Part shown: piece by piece, positions 1 through 12,426 of the stretch | How the letters are laid out: every line of letters starts with the position of its first letter | How positions within the stretch are numbered: the first letter of the stretch is position 1 | From: Guillardia theta CCMP2712 | Taxonomy: Eukaryota > Protista > Cryptophyta | Assembly (NCBI RefSeq): GCF_000315625.1 | Contig: NW_005434673.1 | Span: forward strand, 520,270 to 584,269 | Direction: 5' to 3' | Length of the DNA stretch: 64,000 nt | Notes under the pieces: model-generated | Told to the model about the DNA's origin: nothing | The model's database searches: none | What the model saw: only the letters and a program-made list of their open reading frames with translations | Translations under genes and position numbers: made by a program

Positions 1-3000
1 GGGGGGGGAAGGTGGAGTACCTCCCTGTTGTCGATCAATCGCTCTAGATGTTTCTTCTGATGACGATGCTCACAAATCAAAAACCATCTGCCAGCCGAAG
101 GTTGAGCCTTGAGGAGGGGGCGAGATAGGGAGATGGCAACGAAGGCATTGGCGAGCAACCAGCCGAAAATCCGACCAAAAGGAGAACAGGAAGCAGAAGA
201 GCGGAGGGAGGGAGGAGCCGGAGCAAAGAGAGGAGAAAGAAAGGAGTAGCATGTGCAAACTTACCTCGTCAGGACATCCTTCTGAATGTTTCTTGCTCGT
301 CTTTGCTGATGGCTGAATGTCAGCAAGAAGGACGGAGGAGCCGGGGAAGGGAACAGGGGCCTACAGGAGAGAGAAAGGAGGAGGAGGCTGAAAGGGTTGC
401 GCAGATTTGCGGAAGAGAGAAGAGGAGGACGCAGGAAGAGGTGCGCATATTTGCATCACGTGGAAGGTTCTCTTGAAGTTGAGGTTGAGCATCTCCGCCT
501 GCTTCAAGATCGCGTCCATGGAAGGGGAAGCTTCGTTGGTGAAGAACCTGGAGGGAACGGAAATTCACAGGTAATCGGTGTCACGTCAGATAACAGACTT
601 CGACTTGAGCAGGAGAGCCAGATCGTGCCGCATGCACTGCAGAACGGGTGATGAGCCAGAGAGAGGGGAGGGGGGTAGAGGGAGAGGGAGGGAGGGAGGG
701 AGGGAGGGAGGGAGGGAGGGAGGGACGGAGGGAGGGACGGAGGGAGGGACGGAGGGAGGGACGGAGGGACGGAGGGAGGGAAGGAGGGAGGGACGGAGGG
801 ACGGAGGGAGGGAGGGAGGGAGGGAGGGAAGGAAGGAGGGAGGGAGGGAGGGAGGGAGGGAGGGAGGGAGGGAGGGAGAGGGAGGGATGGAGAGAGGGAG
901 AGAGCGAACGCATACCTCGAACTCCCAATGTTTGAACCTCAACAGGCTATCCTCCTCCACAACATCTGGCCTCTGAAAATGCTCCAGCAGCTTGTTTATC
1001 GCTGTTCTCACCGCATTTAACCGTTGAAGCTCGACAAGAAAAAGTGTCACCATCATCTTCGATCTGTTCTTGCGACTTCTCCACATCAGACTGCTCCACA
1101 TCTATTTGTGCTTCTGCTTCTGCATCCTGCTCCTCTTCTTTTTGAGTTTCAGTTTCAGCGTCAGCCTCTCCTCTCTTGCCCTTTTCCAGTTCTGTCTCCT
1201 CAGGATTCGTCTCTTCTTGCGGATCTTCTTTTCGTCCACCCATTTCGTTGTATTCAAAGAAATCTGGAAAATCATCGTTGTCACCATAATTGTCATTGTC
1301 ATCGATATCGAATTCTTTCAAACAGAAAATTGCAAACCTTCCATCCTGAGGTTGATCCACAATTTCGGCTCTTCGTTGCCACGACTCTGCTCTTTCTCGG
1401 AGGAGCCTGACGACTCTATTGCCTGGTTTCCGATGATCAACGTCTCTCCTCCTCCTCCTCCTCCTCCTCCTCCTCCTCCTCCTCCTCCTCCTCCTCCTTT
1501 TCTCACCTCTATCATCGATGAAGATTTTTTCACATTCAGAGACTTTGAGCGTGGCAGAGACACGCTTTTCTCCTTGGAAACCTTAAAACTCCCGCCCTGC
1601 ACTATCTTGCTTGGACCCTCCGCTGTTGGAGTGGAGACATCGTAATCATCGAGTGGGAAGGTCGGAGAGCAAGGGAGGAGGAGCAAGCGATAGCTAGCAG
1701 AGGTAGGAGGAGCCTTCAGAGCAGTACCGGCATCCCCGCGAGGACGAAGTTGATGGTCCAGGACCACCCGCTGAATGTTGGTGCGGAAGGTCACAGTTTG
1801 AGTCGCCCTCACAATCTCTTCTACCCACAATCTGAGGACGGCGACAACACAAGTCAGTCCCGGCCACCCACCGTCTCTCTCGCGCTCTCACTTCGCCTCC
1901 GCGTCATCAGGGGCCTCCACATGCAGCCTGCACTGCTTGTCCCTTTGGCTGCCGTTGAACATCAAGAAACCTGCTGGCCTTCAGATGGGCGAGTGGGAAG
2001 AGGGTCCGGCCTTACATCTGCTGACTCTCCTCGATGCTTCTTCCTCCCCTGTTATCACCAACCCTCGTCCTCGGCTCTGCAACGGGAAATGGATGCAGAT
2101 CTCCTCATCCAGCCCCCAGCACTGAGGTGTCAAGTACATGTCCACACCTGTTAGAACAGTGAGCCGGCAACATACAACGCCAGCCATGGCAAGCGGCACG
2201 GCACAGGTGAGAGTCAAAACAGCAAGGCTTGGAGACATCTCAAAGGAAATGCAACATCATGCATCACGTGTACCACACAGAGATGCCCCTTACTCTTATC
2301 ATGCAGCCTTGCCCAGTATCGTCGAGCGACACAAGGGAAATCCGCGTTCTTGACCTGGGGACTGTCATCCTTCCACAGAGTGCTGGCTGGACGCCACTCA
2401 CCTTGAGCCATCCTTCCTTCAGCACGAGACTTTTCTCGATCGACTTCGTCCTGACAGTCAGGCATCAGCAAGCAAGGCCTTGCTGCAGATCCAACGACCC
2501 ACAAGGTGCTCGTGATGGGATGGGGTTGCTGCGCACACAACGGCCCCGAACGGATGTCGTCGTAGAGGGCAGAGCAGATCCTGTTGGCCTCCACCAGAAC
2601 CGAAGGCTCCTCGTGCTCACCCAACGACTGGCATCCCTCGACGAACCGATCCTTGGTCACGAGCCTCGACCCGATCCCGCGGCCGTGAAGGTTGTGATTC
2701 AGCATCACGGCACTGAACGAGAGCGCCAAGACAACATCCATGCTGCTGAGGAAGCAGACTCCCCGTTCGGTACCGACATGCTGCTGGAACCAGTGCTCCG
2801 ACCAGCACGAGAGGAGCCGCCGGAGCTTCACAAGATCCGCTGGGAGCTGGCATCGCTCAGCCGCGAACCGAAGCCCGAAATCGAGGCGATGGCATTCCTT
2901 GGATGATACACACATCTCCATCAGACTGGAGAGCACAGATCGGTTCAGCTCCTCCTCTCCACTCAGGTATGTCGACACTCTCTCCTTGTCCAGACCATCG

Positions 3001-3200
3001 GAGAGGAAGAGGAACCTAGCGATGATGCGTGCGGTGGTCTTGGACTCAAGTAGCGTAGTTGCATGAAACCTGTGGAGCAATGTTGAGATCCCTTTCTCTA
3101 CATCGCTGTTGAAGAGCGGGATGATATCCTCCACTGCATTGAAGGAGAAGGTAGGGTCAGGCTCTGCTGCCTTCGCTTCCATCTCCCTGGCGGTCGGCAT
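1..3200 (-). CDS. Sec7-domain + PH-like protein (Arf-GEF/cytohesin-like, divergent), multi-exon; 3' end probably runs off the window start
   Basis: First exon (ORF 2214-3200) has Sec7 hallmarks: FNSDVEKGI, IARFL..GLDKERVSTYL, CQLPAD (cf. FRLPGE), LSFSAVMLNHNLH, LYDDIR. It is followed by PH-like segments (LWK..RRYW ... LWVEEIVRA). Downstream exons join through canonical GT-AG introns, e.g. the GGA-repeat intron ~1424-1507 and the GGGA-repeat intron ~640-914. Confidence 0.75.
660..900. repeat. (GGGA/GGAC)n microsatellite inside an intron
   Basis: Directly visible purine-rich 4-mer array; it generates spurious GREG/PSLP ORFs. Confidence 0.95.
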
Positions 3201-4856
3201 ATTGGGGACAGGTTACCTGTGAGGATTCACAAGGAAAGCGTTGCAGATGGGACAAAGGGATGAAGGAACACGCTTCGCAAGATAGTTTCATGCTCCATGC
3301 TTCTGCTCCTCCTCGCATCTCCTTCTCCTCCCAGCTTCTCCTCCTCCCTGCACCGCTTCTGTCTCGCCCATTTTCGGGATCTCGCCAAGAAACAATCCTC
3401 AGCCTTTTTCTGGTCAAGGCTCCTTTGCTCAGAGGTAAAAGTTATTCAGTTTCTCAGTGTCGCAGCCTTTAACAACGGGTCCGTTCGGGGCCGAGTCCGG
3501 GCCTCTCCGGGCGCAGGGACATGACCAGAAAAAAAATTGAGATCAAAACAACTTCAAATCAACCAGTGACTTTTGATTACTCTTTTTAAAAAACTACGAG
3601 CGATGCAGTTTGGGGTCCAACCATGAACATTTTAAATGATAGACCGATTATTGAATAGTGTTTTGAATATCTTGTCAAATTAAAAATATTTATATCGATA
3701 CAATTATTCTTTTTTCCAAGCGCATGGACCTCGTGTGGTAAAGTGAAGTTGGGGATGCGTAAAGCGGGTGGGTGGGGTGCATGAGTGAAACAATCTGACC
3801 GGGTGGGTGGGTGTGCAGACCCTGTACCGGTCAGCAAGTTCTCCTGGGCGACTCTTGAGGAAATTCTCGTTTGACGGGGTACGGGTGTGGAGTTCTGAAC
3901 CTGGCTCGCGGTCTTTCGTAGGGGTGGATTCCATATGGGGGGGGGTCCTGGATGGTGGGATGCAAATTGAACTGTGAGATGGATGCTGACCACCACCCAC
4001 GACCCTTTAAAATCAACCACCCTACCTTGGTAACACGCAGTAAAAGAGGCGTTCACGGTACCTGCAGCCCACCCCTACCCCCTGCAAATCGCCGGTACCA
4101 CCCGGCTTTACACCTCAACCATCACATGACCTAGCCCACCCTCGCCCAAAGAATACAACTTTGAAATGTACCGAAATATGAAATTTTGACTCTCTTCATT
4201 TGAAATAAGATCCGTCAAAATAAGGGAGAGAGACAAATATAAAACTTATGTTACACCCCACCCCATGTTTCCATTTCGCACCAACGTCTCCTTCATCCAG
4301 CATGCCACCCCCTACCCCTGCCTACCGACCCCATCACCTTCACCCCTGCTCATAACGAACCCCTGAAAATACAACACCCACTACCCCCTACACCCCCGTA
4401 CCCTCTTCGACAGTGGTCCTTCGTACATTCATCACCGTCCCTTCCACTTGTTTCTGACCCTCCCCCTCTTTCATCGCGCCCCTCCCCCCCCCCTCCTCTT
4501 CACTTCCTTCTCCCTCTTCCTAGTTGTTCTCTTTCAGTACTTCTCTAGCTTCTACTTGCATACTCGTCTTTACTTCTGTCTCCGCTTCTCTTGTAATTGT
4601 CCATTGCCCTGTTAGCCTTTCGGTCAGTCCTGACGTAGTCCAGCCCATATTTTCTCTGCTGAACTACCTTGCCGGATGAGCCTTTTGGATATGTCATTTG
4701 CCTTGGCCTTGTACGGCCTACAATAGCCTATACTAGCAAACTTGATTCTCTGCTGGTCTAGGAACTCCAGCATCACGCTCAGCATCCTGAAATCGTCTCC
4801 ACCCTTTAATTATAGCGAACACCGTCAAGATTTCTTTCCAACACAAAAGCTCTCAC

Positions 4857-5996
4857 ATGGGGGGGAGATGGACACAAGTGGCAGCTCTTCTTGCCCTTGT
4901 CGTTGGGGTGTTGAGGACCATTCTAATCCCTGGCTGGATTGAACACCAGCCATCTTTTCTGTTCCAGCTCCCCTTCGGAGCTAAGGTATGGGCTATCATG
5001 GGAGGTTTCATGCCCCCTCCGTTTGACAGGGAGCCGTTCGAGCCTTCTGAGTTCGCCTCTTGGACCAGGCCTGGGGATCTGATCATATCCCCCGCGCCCA
5101 AGTCAGGCACGACATGGATGCTCTATTGCAGTCATCAGATCAGAGCCAAGGGGCTGGACGAAGACTTCTATGATGTCAGCGTCAACACTCCCTGGATTGG
5201 TTGGAGGCACAAGCCAGGACAAAAATGGAGCGAGCTCAAGGAGCTAATGAACACTACCATCCTGGACAATGGGAAGAATCTCCGGGAATACTGGGACAAT
5301 GCAAGCTACCCCTTCCGTATCTTCAAGTCGCACTTCGGCCCTGTCAATGAGAATGGCACAGAAATCGATGTTCTCCCAGTCAAGGAATTTCCGCACGTGA
5401 AGTTCCTTGCCATGCTGAGGAACGGCAAGGATATTGTCTCCAGCCTCGATACGTTCTTCAGTAACTTCAGGCCGGAGTACAGGAAGATGTGGGGAGGGTA
5501 TCCCTTTGTCCACAAGACAAGGGTTGAGGCGCTGAAGGACTTCCTTCCTGAAGGAGTTCTTGGATCAGTGTTCTTCGGGTATGCCAAGTCGTGGTGGAAG
5601 TTCAGGCATGAAAAAAACGTCCTGCTGCTCCACTATGCAGACATGAAGAGAAATCCAGTGGGTGGTGTAAAGAGGCTTGCGGAGTTTCTGGAAGTCGAGC
5701 TCAATGAGGAGGAGCTGAACCGAGTAGTGCATAAGTGCTCGATCGAGCACATGAAGCAGCACGAAGAGAAGTTCAATTACCTCCTCTGGGCCAACCCCTC
5801 TTACAACGGCTCGGTCATGTGCGGGAAGGACCGCTGTGCGGGCATCACGGATGGCTCGCTCATCCAGCAGGGTAGGATTGGAGAAGGTCACAAATGGTTC
5901 ACAGAAGACATGTTGAAGCTGTGGGATGAGGCAGTGGAGAGAGAGTTTCCTGACCCTGAAATGCGCCAGTGGATCGAAGATGGCGGCGACTTCTAA
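4857..5996 (+). CDS. PAPS-dependent sulfotransferase (Sulfotransfer_1 family) with N-terminal signal/TM anchor; intronless
   Basis: 5'-PSB loop PKSGTTW, FKSH, 3'-PB RNGKDIVSS, LLLHYADMK, C-terminal GRIGEG; hydrophobic N-terminus. Confidence 0.9.
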   Translation: MGGRWTQVAALLALVVGVLRTILIPGWIEHQPSFLFQLPFGAKVWAIMGGFMPPPFDREPFEPSEFASWTRPGDLIISPAPKSGTTWMLYCSHQIRAKGLDEDFYDVSVNTPWIGWRHKPGQKWSELKELMNTTILDNGKNLREYWDNASYPFRIFKSHFGPVNENGTEIDVLPVKEFPHVKFLAMLRNGKDIVSSLDTFFSNFRPEYRKMWGGYPFVHKTRVEALKDFLPEGVLGSVFFGYAKSWWKFRHEKNVLLLHYADMKRNPVGGVKRLAEFLEVELNEEELNRVVHKCSIEHMKQHEEKFNYLLWANPSYNGSVMCGKDRCAGITDGSLIQQGRIGEGHKWFTEDMLKLWDEAVEREFPDPEMRQWIEDGGDF

Positions 5997-6153
5997 GGCA
6001 TGAGTCGTCGGGAGTGACGTTAGCGCCAAATTCCTTGTAAATAGCAAGCTCGAGGATAGTGCCCCAAAAATCATTGTAGAAACTTAGGATGATTGAAAAC
6101 ACATTGAAAATGCAACGGAGAAGCGTTGCAGGATTTGGAATTCACTGGCAGCT

Positions 6154-8919
6154 TCAATCTTCGCATCGCATCATGACTTCTCCGCTCGATCGTTGAAGCT
6201 TTCGGAGCTCCGAGCCGAGCTCTGCCAGAGCATTCAGTATGTCCAAATAAGTCACTGGAGCAGTGAGAGGAATATGGAACCTGCCAAGGAGCCGAGGGCA
6301 AAAGCAACCTACCATTCGTGTCAGTACATCCCTCCGCACGCGTAGCAGCAGCACTCACATCAGACTGCCCGATGAGGGACATGAAATTATCGAAGGAGAG
6401 GATGGAGGATTTCGGTGCCTCCTGCGATAGGCCTTCGCTCTCTCCACCGCTGAGGGCAAGGATAATCTGGATGCAGTTAGGAAGCAGCGGAGTGGAGGGG
6501 GGAACGGGTCGAGCTCAACCTTCTCCAAGCTTGACTTCGCCTTAGGATACTCCACGAGGGGAGGAAGCGTCTCGTCCTTCAGCCCTGCGAGCTCCCCCGC
6601 TAGCTCGTGTGCCACCTGTATAAAAGTTTACTGGGAGCAGGCGATGACGCTCGAGTGGAGCAAAACCTTGAGACCTCCCAAGGCATCGACGAGAGCAAGC
6701 TCCTTTGCCTGTATCATTCTTCACGCAGCCGCAACCTCGTTTACCCTCACAGGACCTGGGCTCCAGTCCAGACTCTCCCTCTCGCTACCTTGTCCACCTG
6801 TGACAGTCCCTTCACCAACATTGCAGGGACAACATGTCTGGCAGACCTCTTCCAGACTCAAGTTCCTTGCCTTCGCCACTAGAGCCACGAAATCCTCGTA
6901 AACTCTTCTCCCCAGCTTTTCTGCCTTCACGCTCTGACGGAAAGCATGAGGATGGAAATGAGCCCAGCAAGGAGGCAAACTTGTGACTCCGTGAAGGGTT
7001 TGGTGGGGTTGAGATAGCCTGAGTTCTCCCCCTTCCCTATCTGACCAGGACTGTCAGCTGTCTTCTACTTCCTCCCCGTATGCCCCACACCTCGTCGTAG
7101 GAAACCCCGATCTGCGAACAGAGCTTGCCGATGATGAACTTGCCGTAGAAGGCTCCGATGCTGCCAGTAATGGTCCCCGGCTAGAGGCGACAGGCTTGTG
7201 AGTCGACAGGTGAGAGCGATGTAGAGCAGGACCAATGCAGTGATCTTGTCAGCTGCTGTGGCGATGTAATATCCGCCAGATGCCGCGTAAGTTCCCATTG
7301 ATGCCACCACAGGCTTGCCTGCAACCAACAGCTTCAGTACATCCTTCAAGGACATGGTTCCGCCTACCGCTCTCTCTGGCTTTCTCCAGCTCTCGTCGAA
7401 TGGTATCCGACGCCACCGCCGATCCTCCGGGCGAGTCGATGCGAACCACGATCGCCTACTATCTATTAGCCTGTACTTCCAACAAGGTCAGCCTTGCCTT
7501 GACTGACTCGTCCTTGTAGGCTGCGCGGATGGCCGCTGTGACCTGCTCGGATCCCATCTGGAGGTTCCTGGAGGAAGGGTTTCCGACGCCCCTCACGATG
7601 TCTGGCAAGCACTCGCAGCGTCAGGAGCAGATTGCGGAGGTGCAATGAAACTCTGATACCACCACAGGCGTTGATCAGGGCAATCTTGCTGCTCTTGGCG
7701 GACTGAGGGTTTACCATTTCGATCATGCCGGCATCTGCATTGTCATCTTCGTCAGTTCTCAGGGTCAGCCATCAAGTCTTCTTGCCGGCCCCGCTCTTCT
7801 TCAGCGCAGTCTTGGCGTACGCCCTCATGCTCACGATGCTCTTCGCCTCGAGCATGTCCAGCACCTGAGCACAGTCAGGCGTCCGTCGCCCCCTGACGTC
7901 TGCTGCCCTCCACCTGGTCCGTGTACAAGATCCCATCGACAAGGCCATGCGCTTGCGCATCCTGCGCGCTCAGAGGGCTTTCGTTCACGGCCTTGGACAC
8001 GGCAGACAGCGGGAGTCTGCGTTGAGCCGCGATGCCGGACACGATCTGGTCAAACATGGACTCCACCAGCTTCTCCGTCTGCTCCCTGTGCGGCCGGGTA
8101 TAGCCCTCCTCCGTGAACACATTTGGGGCGTTCTTGTACTCAAAGAACTTGAAGAACTGCACCTCAACTCCCAGCTTGCTCAGCAAGTTCTTGAGAAAGA
8201 AGGTCGGCATGCTCAGTCCCACCAACCCCACGCTGCCTGACGGCTGCCCCCAGTCATCGCATGCCTTCCACCAAGTCCCTGGGCTTACCTGGATGTAGAT
8301 CTTGTCGAAGGCAGAAGCAAAGTAGTACTGAGAAGTTCCTTGCGCCCCCTCCCCAAAGGTGTCTGTCGTTACGCACGTGAACTTCCTGCTTGACTCAGGC
8401 TGTTCCTTTTGGATGGAACGGAAGCGTTCGATCGCTTGCCGAACCTCCTGAATGGTTGCCAGAGAGTGCAGGTTGTCCGTACCGAAAGTACAGACGATCC
8501 CCTTGATCTGTATGTGGGGATTTCGTGCCATGTCAGAGGCGTGAGGGGAGCGCGAATAGAAAGGTCGCACCCGCTTGTCTTTAGCAGCTTTGTGGATCGC
8601 ATCGACAACATTCTTTAGCATGAGGGGTTGTCTTGGGGAGGTGAGGGAGGATAGAGGAGGAGGAGGTATCTCTACGAGGGGCAGACTCATGTCAAGGTGC
8701 AGCACGCTCCCATCCGGGATCCTCTCCTTCCTGCTTCGGGAATACACGACGTACTGCAAGGTGAAGAGGGGTCAGAGAGCTCGAGTGGCGAATGGGAGGG
8801 CATGGGAGGGCGCTCCTCCCGACCTGTCTCACCTGTGAGAGCACCAGTCCTCCTATCGCTGCTGCCCCAACCCTTGCCAGCAGTCTCTCTCCCCTCCTCC
8901 GCACCGCTTCCCACGACAT
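6154..8919 (-). CDS. sppA: Signal peptide peptidase SppA (protease IV, S49, 67K-type), multi-exon
   Basis: YYFASAFDKIY, EYKNA (catalytic Lys), RIDSPGGSAVASDTI, PVVASMGTYAASGGYYIA (catalytic Ser), PGTITGSIG across spliced exons; N-terminal TM segment. Confidence 0.9.
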
Positions 8920-9421
8920 TCCCTCGCTTACACCCTCATCGCTACCCCTACCCCTTCCACCTGATTGGGGTTCCTGAGTACCGGTTACTTACTCTCAAAT
9001 ACTACCCCAAAAGCAACAGGACCCACCCACTATCAATCGGATCCTCTCGGGGTCTGAGGCGGACTTTCAAGGCGGCTCTAGTATCGGCACAGTGAGGCTC
9101 ACAACTCACTGGCACTGTCAGTGTCCGATCACCGGGGTAACTAGTAGTCTCGGTGGCAGCGATCGGCCCCACTGGGTGAGGGCGCCGGGAAGGCTGCGGC
9201 CCCGCAGGGCCGCGCTGAGGGAGACTGAGAGCTGGAGCCTCCGACAGGCTCGGCGAGGGGAGACGGTACGGTCGCCGTGAGTCGGACTCCCGGGCGGCCG
9301 GCCCGGCTCCCGGACTCTCAGTGACCGGATCGGACAGTGAGACCGTCAAAGTACTCCGTAAGTAAGAGTCCGAGTGAGAAAATGATCATAGCGGGGCTGA
9401 GGGACACTTCAAAGTTCATAA

Positions 9422-12194
9422 ATGGCAGATGAGGCGTGGGAAGTAGATGATGACGAGGAGGAGGAGGAGGAGGAGGAGGAGGAGGAAGGAGGAGAGGAGG
9501 AGGAAGATGATCTTGATGAGGAGGAAGCTGCCGACTTCCTTAGGGCAGCTGAGGGAGGTGACCTGGCCAGCATCCGGATAGCAGAGGAGAAGCGGGAGCT
9601 GTTGGACGTGCAGGACGAGCTGGGCAACTCAGCGCTGCACCTAGCGATGCTGGGGCTTCATCTAGAGTGCGCCAGGTTCTTGCTAGACATCGGAGCTGAC
9701 GTGAACAGCCTTAACGACGAGGGCAATACTCCACTCATCCTCTGCTCGATCTGCATATCAGAGGAAGCCGCAGCATGTGCGAAGCTCTTGATAGAGATGA
9801 AGGCAGACCCTGAGATCCAGAACTTGCCTTCCAACGGAGGAGGAGGAGGATGCAGGGCTTTACATTATGCTTGTGGCGAAGGGAACATGCCGGTGGTCAA
9901 GTACCTGATAGAGGAGGCTAAGGTGGAGCTCCGGGCGGTATCAAACGACATGTTGACGCCGCTGCTGTGCGCCATGATCAACAACAGGTCGGACGTGGTC
10001 TCCTTCCTGCTCAAGACAGACGCGGGTCTCCTTGACATCCCCGACAGCAACGGCGACTATCCCCTGCACTTCGCCGTCCTGGAGAACCTGGTGGACATGG
10101 TGCTGACGCTGTTGCAAGAAGGAGCGGACCCGCTCAAGGTGAACACGCGGGGGGAGACGCCGCTGTCGGTAGCAATGGACGTGCAGGCAGACAAGGACAT
10201 CATCGAGATCCTCAAGCAGGCGGAGGAAGAGACCCGCATGCAGGCCATCGAGATCAAGGCGACGGAGATCGAGGCCGAGGCCGAGGAGCTGTCGATCCAA
10301 GGGGACCTGAAGGGGGCGGCGGCGAGGTGGGAGGAGGCGGCAGATTTGTACAGGCAGATTGGGGCAGCGGAGGAGGAAGGAAACTGTCTTCAGCGACTGC
10401 ATGACATCGTCAAGGGCCAGGAGGGGCCACAGGCTGCGTCGCCGGCCGTTACGCCGATGAAGGAGAAAAGGAAGGAGGTGCGTTCTTCGTTCAGCCCCAA
10501 GTTGCAAGCGGAAAACGTCTTGAGCGGGAAGGACGAGGAGGCGATGATGGAGCAGCAGATCAAGGAGAACGATCTGCGAGTGCTGTCGGAGGTTAGGAGA
10601 CTGTCGGAGAGGAAGGAAACCAAGATCGACCCGCACCTTGCCGCTGAATCCTTCTCCGTGCCTGACCTGCTCTCCCCTGTGATTGAGAGTGGAAGCGAGG
10701 TCGAGAGCCCTGATGTTCCGACGCAGCGGCAGGAAGCAGTTCGCCCTCAGAAATATTTTCAAGAGCAGGAGGAAGAGGGCGACAGCCACCTGCGGCGGGG
10801 AGTGTTCGAGGGGAAAACTGGAGTTTGGGTGGGAGAGGTGAGAACTGCATGATGATGATGATGATGATGATGATGACGACGGCGACGACGGCGACGACGA
10901 CGACGACGACGATGACGATGACGACGGTGTCTTCGTCGACGACGCCACCGTTCGTCGTCGTCGTCGTCATCGTCGTTGGTGGTGGTGTTGAGAATGACAA
11001 TGAGGAAGAAGAGGAGGTGAAGAGGAGGAGGTGACGATAGGGAGCGGCAGGTGTTTTATAGTGATGACGAGGGAGACGAGAGTGATGAAAATGAGGACTA
11101 CGAACCTCCCGCCGTGGCACCAAGGAAGGATGCCAACGAGCAGAAGGCAAGCATGAAGCAGGAGGAGGCTGAGACTGGCATAGCAAAGGGAGGACTGTTG
11201 AGACAACTGCAGGTGCTCACATTTTAGCCTTCATGACTCTCCTCTCTCTCCATCCTTTCATCTTGACCTCTCCTTCATCCCTCCGCTTTCCTCCCCTGAG
11301 CTCTGTACACTGCCATCATTCTTCGTTCATCACCCTCCCCACTCCTTAACCTGCATCGCTCCACTCCCTTGGTGTCCTTCCTGCCTCATCTCATCCTTCG
11401 CTGCGATGTTTTGATCCCCTAGCAGCACCGAAAGCTGGAGGTCAATGTGGAGGAGGACAAGTCGGTAAGCTGTTCCTTCCGCTTCTCCCACTCCCTCACG
11501 TCCTCCCCTCGCAGGCACATACAGCCCCTCCCGAGGTGTTTCCCCCTCAACCCGCCAGTCGGTGCCTATCAGGTGACACATGAAACAGCAGGCGGAACTC
11601 GCCGCCGCCTCCTCCTCGCCTCCCTTCGGCATTCGCCGGTCACCATCGCTCGTAGGATCAGATGCTGTCCCAGCTACTCTTCTGACTTCCTCCAGGTGAA
11701 GATCGAAAGGCAGAGGAATATGGCAAGGCTGCACCAGGTGAGTGCGCCTGTCAGATCGAAGGTCCTCACTCGGTGCTTTCCTCTTTAGCGGTACTCCAAG
11801 GAATGGGGAGGTATATGGGGTCAGTATCGAGACGAGGAGTCGGTGAGAAGAGGGCGGAGAGGGGAGGCCTAGGTGATCCTGTACAGGTGAAGGAGCTGAG
11901 CTTGGAAGATGCGGCGAAGGCACTGGAGGAGGTTCTCAGAGGACAGGAAGAGCTGGGGAAAGTTGGGCTGAGATTGTTCGCACGGGCACGCGAGGCCTCC
12001 GACAAGTTCCTCGAGGTGAGAAGGGAGAGGAGAGCAGGAGGACTGGGAGCGTGAGAAGACTCAGGTGGAGGGGGGAGGAGCAAGGCGAGAAGGGGAAAGG
12101 GAAAGAAGGAAGAGAGAAGAGTGGGGATGGGGGATAGAGGGGGTGGAGGAGAGGGAGGTAACAGTGTCAGCAGGAGTTAGGGCGCAGGGAATAA
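9422..12194 (+). CDS. Ankyrin-repeat protein with acidic N-terminus and charged C-terminal region, multi-exon
   Basis: About 6 ankyrin repeats (GNSALHLA, GNTPLIL, RALHYAC, TPLLCA, GDYPLHFA, GETPLSVA) in ORF 9422-10852. Further exons inferred to a TAA at ~12192. Confidence 0.85.
10846..10985. repeat. (GAT)n/(GAC)n/(GTC)n trinucleotide tract in the ankyrin gene intron
   Basis: Directly visible. Confidence 0.9.
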
Positions 12195-12426
12195 AACTCG
12201 ATTTAAAGTTACATGATCCTCTTTATGTACAAACTGCTTGCTGTGTGCGAGTTTGAATGGCTGAAATGCACCTGCCACGAAATCAGTCAAAGGGAGCAGG
12301 CCTTTCCTCAACCCAAGCTACTCTGTTCCTCCTCCCCCCTCTCTCTCTGCTGCTGCATTGCCCTTGTTTAATGGATCCGGTCCTGATTCCTCTTTGAACC
12401 ACTCAATCCTCACCGTCCATCTATCC

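Noticed and set aside
578-1101. GREG/PSLP low-complexity ORFs as proteins
   Set aside because: They are translations of an intronic GGGA microsatellite.
1446-1497. Poly-Gly tract in the Sec7 protein
   Set aside because: It lies in an in-frame GT..AG intron (GTGAGA...AACCAG).
9941-10948. 335-aa antisense ORF (likewise 2229-2906, 43450-44109, 51627-52749, 55016-55714)
   Set aside because: Shadow ORFs of GC3-rich coding sequence or of microsatellites on the opposite strand.
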